Positions 35,986-45,300 of a stretch of 64,000 bases of DNA are shown here, piece by piece; within the stretch, counting starts at the first letter, position 1; the number at the start of each line of letters is the position of its first letter. Made by a program: the position numbers and the translations under genes. The stretch is taken from contig OX337235.1 in the NCBI GenBank assembly GCA_946965045.2, positions 2,170,001 through 2,234,000 on the forward strand, written 5' to 3'. Source of the DNA: Epithemia pelagica (Eukaryota > Protista > Bacillariophyta). Under the pieces are notes generated by a model that was not told the origin of the DNA, ran no database searches, and was given only the letters and a program-made list of their open reading frames with translations.

Positions 35986-38900
35986 TCACTTTGTTGTCCC
36001 CCGCGGTTGTGAGGGAGGTCCCCGGTCCCCAAATGCCGATGAATATGTGAACTGTGAGATCAAGTTATTTCTTCGACTCTGGGGAAGCATCTTGGTAAAC
36101 AAGTCAGCAATGTTGGTCTCCGTGTCTTCCTTGCCGACTCTGACGATTCCTGCGGCTGCCGCTTCACGGACCGAATGATAGTTGATGGCGTTGTGTCGCT
36201 TGCTCAGGATGGATGAAGGTATGCTGGTATTTTTGACAACGCCTCGATTGTCACAGAGAATATTGGCCGGACCGACAACCGGAACACCGAACATTCGCAA
36301 CTTATACCGCATCCCAACAATCAACTCTTTGGCGATTCTCATCGCCACGAATTCGCTCCCGAAACTGGATGTTTCCACGGTATTTTGGCGTTTTGAGAAC
36401 CAAAGGATCGGAGCGTTCTGCAAGAACACCAATATGCCTGTGTGGGATCGACGCGTGACGACATTCCCAGCATGATCTGCGTCCACGAAGCACGTGATTT
36501 CCACCGGATTCCCAAGCGGTGTCGGCATGTCTGCTGGTACTTCTTCCGCTACGTCCCCGTAAAACTCTTTCCACTCTTCGATCGGTGTCTGCGCGAAACA
36601 ACTCTCGTCTAGCTTCACTGTGACAGGGTCGAATACCATCTTGAGCTTCGGGTGAGATTTGAGGAATGAAAACACGCAATACACAGCTTCAAGATGTCCC
36701 TTCCGCGGATTTGCTAGATACTGTGACATGATCGAAACTTCCAAGTAGATATCCACGCGGCCAATCTCGACCGCCCATCTCAACACACCAATCAGCTGTT
36801 GGTACCGAGCTCTCATCTTATCATCCAGCTCCTCAGAAGTATCAAGCTCGGGCTTGTACGAAGTTTCGATTGGTACCCGCGCAGTTGTTTTGAGATGTTT
36901 TCCGTCCCCGTCTTCCAGCAACAATTGCTCCACCACTTTGATCGCGTTATTTACGTACTTCTCGCTGGACATACCCCATGCCGTTCCCCCTGTGGGCAGG
37001 TTGTGTTGGTACACCTGCGCCCCCAGGTACGTGGTCGGTGGTCCGATACTCCCTTTCTTTATCTTGTAATGGCGGTCTATCTCCTCAAACACTGGTTCAG
37101 GCTTGTGGCTGACAAGCAAGATGTCATCAACGTAAACTAAAATCAGCTCATAGTACGGTTCCCCATTGTCACGCTTTCGTTCCCGTCGTAGGACACATGG
37201 ATCCGCCTTGGTATCAACATATCCCATGTCATAGAGAGTGCTCACCAGCGTCGCTCGCCAACTGGCTCCCGAGGATTTTAGCCCGTAAAGCGCTCTTGTC
37301 ATCACGCACACCTTCCCTTGAAACTCTGAACCCACTTCCGCTCCACCTAGGAACCAAATCTTCTCGCGACATGGCGCATTAAGGTAGGCATTTCCAATGT
37401 CACAAGCCAGTACGTCTAGGTCATTCAAGGCTGCGATTAGAAACGCTATCCGAATTGAATCGCGACTCACAACGCTCGAATAAGTAAGACTTGATGGGGC
37501 ATCTGTCATGTGCCCACCAGCCACCAATCTGGCTTTTCTCGTCAGGTCCATCTTCACATCGAAAACCATGTGGCACTTGATTTCCGTGTACCCTATTAGC
37601 TGTCGCCCTGCTCGCACCTCCGCAAGCACGAGATCGTCGCGAGCCTCCCAGGCCACCTTCACGACTCCTAGTTCCTTCGCGATCGCGTCCCGCCAGAACG
37701 TCGTCCCCGTCTCTTTGTCAAACTGTAACGCCTCTTCCACGGAATGTGGCAGTCGCACCCCATACTTGTGTGTCAGTTTCCAATACTTTTTCTGCTTCTT
37801 CTTTTTCCCAACGACCTTGTTTATGATCCTTCGTTTGTGATTCATGACACGTGGCACCCACCAGTGGAATGCCGGTTCCTGCTCTAACCCTTGTGCGACT
37901 ATATATTCTGCTAACTCTATGGGGTATCCGTCCTTTGCTTCCCGAAGCGGTATCCATGACTGACTCCCATCCTTCCATTCAATCGCAATTTCCCACCCTT
38001 TCGTCGTTCTTCTTGGTACCTTGTTCCCATTCTTGGACACTATGAAACCGTCGTCCTTCCCAACGGCGTCCCCGTTTTTCCTGTGCCCAATGATCTCGCT
38101 CATGATTGCGAACTGTCGACCTTGATCATCCAGCTGCGAATACAGCGACTCCGCAATGACATTGGCGGTGTATTCCTGGATGACACCTCCAGGGAAACTC
38201 ACATCGTAAGCTCTACTGTCAAAGAGTGGATTCTTGTGCCTCGTTCCGATTGGTTTGCCATCTAACCCTTTCTTCCTCTTCACTACCGTCCCGAGCAACG
38301 TTTCACCGCCAACGTCTAACTGGATTTGCGCCCCCAAGTAGTTGTCATACTCCTCGCCAAGGTCGTCCGCTTCTGGCTTCGGTTCCTGGATCATCTTCCC
38401 GTATTCTTCATCCGTCGGAATTACACCTTTTACTTGAGTGTCGTCCTCGACCGGTTCCTCTACGTCCTCCAAAAATCCTGGTCCCTTGCTCTCCCAATCC
38501 ACAAAATTCGTATCGTCGAGGCGCTGCTCAACAATCAACCGGAACTCTTGAATCTTTGCCGTGATGGCTGGTTCCGCCTGTTCCTGCTCCGTCACATGTT
38601 GCACGGTTGTCCTTGCCAACACTTTTCCTGCTTTAGTGAGAATCCAATAACAAAGGTCGCTGCCAATTCGATGCGCTATCCCCAGCCAGAACCCAAGGTG
38701 ACGATGTTCATCCGACGTATCGGCTTTGGTGTTGTCATGATACCAGACAATATCGAAAAACTGGAAATCGATCCACTCCGAGATGTCGGGTGTCTCGCCT
38801 GTAAGTCGTTCTATGCCGCTGCGGCTGTCATGTCCCCGGGCGACGCGACTAAGTACACCCGACTCATGAACCAACCCATAATCCCACAGACGACGAGGAA

Positions 38901-40046
38901 CCCGACAATCAACCATGCGGCGAAGCGGCTTAATTTCGTGAACTGCGTGGCGGCCCCCGTTTGCTCGCCGGCCAAATCCGCCGTCAGACCATCCGGAACC
39001 CCAACTTCATCAATAAAACGGGCCAATGCTTGGCCGACATGTGCCTTGGAAGCGAGTGGGTAAACGGCCGTGTACTGTCCGTCCGTGAATATTTGCGCAC
39101 ATTTGTGTCCCGAAAGTGATGTCGTCCGAGCGAAAAGCGTATCCGTATAGAACCGACTATTCAATCTATTCCGATGCAATGCCAAGTTGTCAACACGATA
39201 TCGTCGCGTTATAGGCGTGACAGCTGTCCGGATACCCTGTTGGGTGGTGACGCGGAGGGTTTTCCGCGCGGTTTCCAACCCAATCTTCCATTTCTTGCTG
39301 AGATTTTCCGGTGAAACGGTCGAGTGACGGTCCGAGCCGAGACCGCCGACCGATCTGAGACTGTCGAGTCGCTGCCCCACGGCCACAGGATCGCATGCGC
39401 TAGAGACCGCGCCAATTTCGAGTGAGATCGCTTCACGTGCATCATCTAGCGGGCTACGATTGTGTAAGCTCAAATCCACACTTTTTGGGTCCCATAACTC
39501 TTGACGCGTCAAAGTCACCGCAGGTAAAGTTTCAATTTCATGCTTGGTAGGCGCGCGGGACTCAAAGTAAATAGTCGTCCCCTGTATCTCGAAGGGAATA
39601 TATAACCCGTCGGCCGTGATGCCAAATCCTTCGTCCTCCTTCCTTGTGGGGTCATCGCGAACCACATGCCCACAATACCGAATTTGATTTTGATTCAAGA
39701 GAGTCTTCTTTAGTGCGCTACCAAACCACAACATTTGGTGGCCGATTAAGATGTATTCTACTCCTGTACTTTTCTCTCGGATGCATGTGGCACATGTCGC
39801 TATCGGTACGTATTGACCTCCTACCTGTTGTCCCATAAAGTCACTAACCTTGCATTCCATTCCTGTTGTTTCCATGAGTGTCCAATTGACACCAGCGCAG
39901 GAGGTGTCTGCCATCGTATCCATTTCGTTGCATGCAACATCATTCCCATTCCCAGTGCTGATTCCCATGTTTCCTATGCTACAATCCACCGTCTTGTCAG
40001 TGGTCACCTCACGCCTGGCCCCACAAGTAACCACTGATGCCTGGCG
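35986..40046 (-). pseudogene. pol: Copia 1 pol (PR-IN-RT-RNase H), frameshifted by a deletion in the integrase core
   Basis: PR MDTMADTSC; IN HHCC-like region and FYTDTLF..GVPD..TAD; break at ~38920; RT KARLVAGG, DIGNAYLN, LYGLKSSG, YVDDIL; RH FVDADHAG..RRSHTG, CDNRG, NIADLFTK. Confidence 0.9.
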
Positions 40047-41951
40047 TCACTCATATGCGCCGGCTCCGAATCTGCGTCCGTTGGTGCTGCCACGGTCGTT
40101 GCTACCGGGATTCTCGGTTCCCGCCGCACTACCAGCGGCATGTCCATTGGTACCTCCGCCGACAGACGGGTCTGTGATGACCGATGGTGGCTCATTATTC
40201 TCATTCACGTCGACATTGCCGATGCCGCGTCCACTGGCAGCAGAACCGCGCCCCCAATCACCACCGCGCCCCCAATCACCACGTCCCCGCCCGTAGCCAC
40301 GGCCGCGGCCACCACCACGGCCGCCACGATCACCTGAGCTGCGGAGCCGAGCTCGTTCTTGATGGATGTACGCCTGTCCGGCGGGCCCAAGAGTGGCCAT
40401 CTCCTGGGAAGTGAATCGGCGGCTGACTTCCGTGACGTCAACGCCGTAGAAGGTGAAAATACCGTTGTGCTGTTGGAGGCCCGCAAAATTCCGTGGACGG
40501 GAAGCGGGTGACTGTTCGCCCGTGTGTGTTTCCGAGATAAACCAGTGCCGAGTGCCAGGACGTGTGCCACTGCCTCCGATGACATTCGGGTACAGTTCCG
40601 AGACTTCACGCGAGATATAGGCGATGGCGTCATCTAAATTAGACCTGTAGTTGCTTCGCACGGTGCTTTTTATGACGGCAAACTCGGCCGTTGCAATTCG
40701 GATGTTGTCCAGCAAGATCTTGACCTGATTTGCATTCGAGCGTCGATTAGGTGTCTCTTCGAGCGTGCGGAATGCACGTAGAAGCTTGGTAGAATAGGCG
40801 TCGAAGCTAAACGCTCTCTCGTTGTGATAAAATACGGAACTAAGGATAGCTTCAGCCTTGTTGATACGTTTCTCTTTCTGGCCGCCGCCATCGTAGTGTG
40901 CTACCAAGGCTAACCAAGCCGCTCGACCGTTCTGGGATGCCTGGTAGGGTTGAATCCACGTTGCGGGTTGGTCGCGTACACGGTCACTAAGCAACCGGTA
41001 CACTGCCTTGTTGTCTTCGTGAAAGAATGGTCCAGTCAGAGGGTAAGTGTACAATTCTTGCTCTCGGAGAGTTTGAAAGACGTGTCCAGGTTGAATTTCA
41101 GGCCTAATTACATAGTCGAGTGGGGCTTGTTGCTTCCCAATTATGTGGGACAAATAGGTAGGGAATTCGCGAGACCAATCTTCCCATATCTCTTCCTTGA
41201 GGATTTCGGGCTTAATTTCCGGTGCCTTGTCAGTTTCTGCTTTAATTTCCATCTCGTCGAGGGCATCCGAGAGTACCACTTGGTCGAAGTCGGCAGCAGT
41301 GATGTCACGCCTCTGTCTACGGGCCTTGGAAGCCCAAAAACACAGCCCTTGAAGATTCTTTACGACGCTTGTTGGAAGGCTTATATTGTTCGGTCCAGGG
41401 CGTTTCTCCAACCTTGAAGCTAAGGACGTGACATCATCCTTACTCATTCGTCCGAAGGCGTGTAACGAATTAAGACGTTCTATGTTTTCTAGTACTTGAA
41501 TTTCGTTTGCGTTTGCCCCGCACACGGTCAATACCAGCCCGACTTGCGAAAGCGCGGGTGGTGGTCCTGCAGGCGGGTGCGGTATCGGGGGAGGTGGTGC
41601 ACCACCATCGCCATCATCGCCGTGTCCACCACCACCACCGCCTCCTCCAGCGCCGCCGTCTCCTCCAGCGCCGCCAGCGGGTGCACCTCCAGCGGTTTCG
41701 CCCTGTGTCGACACGCTTCTTGTTCCTCTCGTTCCACTACTTGAACTCCCGGCTCTATTACTAGAGCCGCCAGTACTTCCACCAGTGCCACCACCACTGG
41801 GGTTCCGTTCCGTTCCTGTTTTCCTCGCGGGCATCTTTCTACTACCCGTATCCGTACTGGCTCCCCCCGCTGGGACAGCGGTTCCCGTTCCTTGCCCCTC
41901 GGGGCTTGTTTCCGGTGGATTCTTCGTCGTAGCTCTAGTACTCGTTACCAT
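40047..41951 (-). CDS. gag: Copia 1 gag (Gly-rich N-terminus, RGG-rich C-terminus, no CCHC knuckle)
   Basis: Long open ORF ending in TGA, in frame with pol; PLDYVIR, GRAAW.AL..HY.G and FD.Y motifs typical of this Copia group. Confidence 0.85.
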   Translation of the reverse strand: MVTSTRATTKNPPETSPEGQGTGTAVPAGGASTDTGSRKMPARKTGTERNPSGGGTGGSTGGSSNRAGSSSSGTRGTRSVSTQGETAGGAPAGGAGGDGGAGGGGGGGGHGDDGDGGAPPPPIPHPPAGPPPALSQVGLVLTVCGANANEIQVLENIERLNSLHAFGRMSKDDVTSLASRLEKRPGPNNISLPTSVVKNLQGLCFWASKARRQRRDITAADFDQVVLSDALDEMEIKAETDKAPEIKPEILKEEIWEDWSREFPTYLSHIIGKQQAPLDYVIRPEIQPGHVFQTLREQELYTYPLTGPFFHEDNKAVYRLLSDRVRDQPATWIQPYQASQNGRAAWLALVAHYDGGGQKEKRINKAEAILSSVFYHNERAFSFDAYSTKLLRAFRTLEETPNRRSNANQVKILLDNIRIATAEFAVIKSTVRSNYRSNLDDAIAYISREVSELYPNVIGGSGTRPGTRHWFISETHTGEQSPASRPRNFAGLQQHNGIFTFYGVDVTEVSRRFTSQEMATLGPAGQAYIHQERARLRSSGDRGGRGGGRGRGYGRGRGDWGRGGDWGRGSAASGRGIGNVDVNENNEPPSVITDPSVGGGTNGHAAGSAAGTENPGSNDRGSTNGRRFGAGAYE

Positions 41952-41993
41952 ATTCCTGTAGTTCACTTCGTTTACTTCCTCTCAATACCGCAG

Positions 41994-42007
41994 TGGGTCT
42001 GATAAAC
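41994..42007 (-). promoter_or_regulatory. Primer-binding site of Copia 1 (GTTTATCAGACCCA)
   Basis: Immediately 3' of the 5' LTR; identical 14-mer in Copia 2 at 62392-62405. Confidence 0.85.
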
Positions 42008-42166
42008 TGTCTTGTTCCAGTCGATACCTTATTCAACGTGCAAATTAAAAGATATTATAAGGCTAAACCACTAATGTAAGGATCCCCAAAATAGTAACCA
42101 TGTAAACGGTAAAACCCCCAAAGATTTCCCATATCCGGGTTTTGTTCCCACGACCCGAATAAGACA
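42008..42166 (-). repeat. 5' LTR of Copia 1
   Basis: Direct repeat of 35796-35954. Confidence 0.95.
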
Positions 42167-42356
42167 ATTGTTCCAACATCTGACATCAGACCTTGACTGG
42201 GTTTGTGATATTCGTCCGTCGACATAGATACTATTCCATGACACCCACAACATCAGGAGAATCACAAGTGTTGGTAGAAATACATCATTCTTAATGATTA
42301 AGCTACCAATCTTATTTACACTTCCCGCAGCTTCCGCTCCTTGTCCCAGAGGGTGA

Positions 42357-45300
42357 TCAGCTCCCAAAAGAAGTGGCATGTTGCAGCTTGAATCGTTTTT
42401 CTCTTTTCTTCCGTCTTTTCTTTAGTTTTTGAGCTCTGCTTCGAAGTCGCTCTGCAAGCTCCAGTGCGGCAAGTCGTTCTTCTTCCGTAAGATTCCTAAA
42501 GACTGTAGCGTCGATTTGTGTTGTTATCTTGTGGCTTTTCTTTGCAGATTTGTGGGATTTCTTCGACACTTTGGACGAGCTACTTCGTAAGTTCGGCTCC
42601 TCACGACCAGCGAAATCTCCACCTATTTCCTCCAAGCTTGCCATGATAGGGTTGAAACCACTGATCTCTTCTTCTGGATCTACTGAAAACCCTCTGCGGT
42701 GCACCTCCCCGTTGTAATCCGATCTAGAATGCATCTGGTGAATGGCGTCATGGTGTTGAGATTCTCTGGGGTCTTCCTTCGGCCTTCGAATTGGGGATCT
42801 TCGTCCTCTGCTGTCTCCTGAAGTATCTTCAGGTGGGTCAGAAGACTCCTCTACGTCTACTGTCAGACCATTTCTGTTGTCTGTACTCTGTTCATATCTG
42901 GTCCCTGCATGTCCTCCTTCGCCCGAGTTTTCAGATTCTGACAGAACAAACAGTTCATCCCCATCATCGACCACATGTACTCCCGTATTGTCATCAACGA
43001 GAAACTCATGTCCAATTTGAGGCGTTGCCCCAATCAAGTACACGTCATGTGTCCCATCCATTCCCTGTATGGAGGAGCGCCATGCGACATCATCTTTACC
43101 ACCAGGGGTGCTAACAGCGGAACCGTTTCTTGCTTCGCTCACGGCTGGGACTCCAGCATTAAAGCGCTCTCGGATGTGCCCCCCGACTCTGGCTGGTTCA
43201 CGACGGTCGCGCCCAGAGCTTCGGCGTTCCTCGCCATGAAAATATTTTGTAAATTCGCTGGGATCTGCTTCTTGAATCATCTCGGTCGGTAATCCGTCTA
43301 AGCTAAGCAAATTTATTGTAGATTCGCCCTCACTTCTCGAAAGGACAACGGGAGGATCAACAGGGCTTCTGGTTCTGTGGTCTTCAACTGTTTCGACATC
43401 AATTGGGTGCAAGATAGAAGTCCCCGAAGTCTGTTTGTCTGTGTTGTCACTCTCTAAGTTTCCGTTGTTCGCATCAAATTCGGCCTGCACAAGGATGACA
43501 TCATCGGAGCGCACGTTTAAACTTTCCGCGATATCACGTTTCTCCTGGACCATGGTTCCGTGATTGTCATTTGTTGTGTTTGTCTTTCGATTCGATGAAG
43601 AGTCCCGAGTATCGGGTACTTCTCCGTCATTAGAATTATCAAGTTGCTCATTCGCAACATCAACACTGATGACGTTCACTCCCCCTTGTGCGTCACTTTT
43701 GGACACAGGGGATGCTGATGCGTTGGTCGCGTTATTCGTCTTCTTGACGGAAGGTCGGGGCTTTAGTTCTGTTGATCCAGTAATTCGCTTTGTCGCCAGA
43801 CGTCCCGACGCATACTTGTTGACAAGGGGAGCCTTCTTTTTCAGATTCTTGCTTGAAAAATTGCTCGAATGTGGGAGAAGACCGGTTCCACCACCTTGCG
43901 CTTTAGATTTGCTCTCCTTAAGTAGTGACGGAGATTCAAACCCGCAGTTATGACCTTCAAGCCAGGCGCATCCCTTATCCAGCATCCGTACGATCATCGG
44001 CACTGTGGAAGACTCAAAATTCGTGTCCAAATCAGAATCTTCCGACCCCAGGTACGAAACAAGCGAAAGTTTCGAATCGGTGTCTTCCCGTGTCTCATTA
44101 TCACGATCATTGCTGTCGGACTCATCAGCTCCTCTTTCCCCTTTTGGCTCAACCATTGAGAGTATACGGGCACCGTTGTGATGGAGCGGAGTGTTCCGAT
44201 TAGAAGAAGGCTTCAATGACATGGCTCTTGTCGGTTTCTCCTGGGTCAATTTATGACTGTTCAATGATATCCCAGGTGGACCAAGCGGGGTCGAAGATTT
44301 TTGAGACACACCATCAGATGATCCTGGTTTCTTCACTGAATTCCTTTCCTGACTCTTTTGTAATAGACTTATTGATTCTTCATTTTGAGCTGATTTTCCC
44401 GAGCTTTCCATTGGTCTTGCCGCCTCTTCATCGTTGTGTCTTCTAAAAATGTTGAAACCAATATCTCTTGCAGGCATTGGGCTGTTGTCGTTCTTCCCGA
44501 TTCTCGCGGATGAGCCGTAGATGGGTTCGTGACTGAAACTGCTAAGAGCGGCGTCAATGGAAGGCATCTCTATTCTTTGCGGACCTTTCAGCGGGGTCGC
44601 GTTGGTATCATGGTTACCATGATGGTCATCACTGGAAGACACCGCAATATTTGCTTCGTCTGGGACATCGAGTTTCATTATCGTTGCTCGCAGATGATCG
44701 AATGCTGTTTCAGGTTCAATTCTTGCCGGATAGTTTCCACTCCGTGCGAATGTCCTCGGTAGCGACGATGATCGCTTTTTCGACCACATCACCTCCCTTC
44801 TGTAAGGATGATGGGGACTTCCATATGGGTTTAGTCGGCCATCGATGCTGACTAGCTCGCTCTCACTGTGTGACAGCTCTTGTCGTGAGCCAACGTCATA
44901 TTCTGGAGGTGGAGGTGCCACTGGTTTCGATTCTTGTTCGTCATTCGTATCATGAGTTGGGAGTACCGGGGAAGGAGGCATTCCAGGAGTTTCCTGATTT
45001 CCGCTTGCCCCGGATGGAAGTTGTTCTACATCCTTCGAAATTTCTCCGTTAATAGTTTCATCGGGCGTATGCTCCAACAGAAAGGAGTGAGCTTGTCCCT
45101 CGGTGCTACTTTGTGTTGGAGGTTGATCCAAACTCGAAGGTGCAGCTTTTTGACTCATTGAAATAACGTTAGCGTCAACAGGGCTCTTGTTCTCAGTCAC
45201 GAAACGAACTGCCTCCGGCTGTTCTGTCGTAGTTGTTGTTTCGACCTCATGATTCGAAGTTGTTTCGTTCCCAGATGAGTCCACTCGTCTGCTCTCTACA

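Larger units (their letters stand above)
35796..42166 (-). mobile_element. Ty1/Copia LTR retrotransposon 1 (CoDi-like), full length but integrase-defective
   Basis: Two identical 159-bp TG...CA LTRs; 4-bp TSD ATTG; PBS 41994-42007; PPT GCGGGGAC next to the 3' LTR; domain order gag-PR-IN-RT-RH. Confidence 0.97.
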
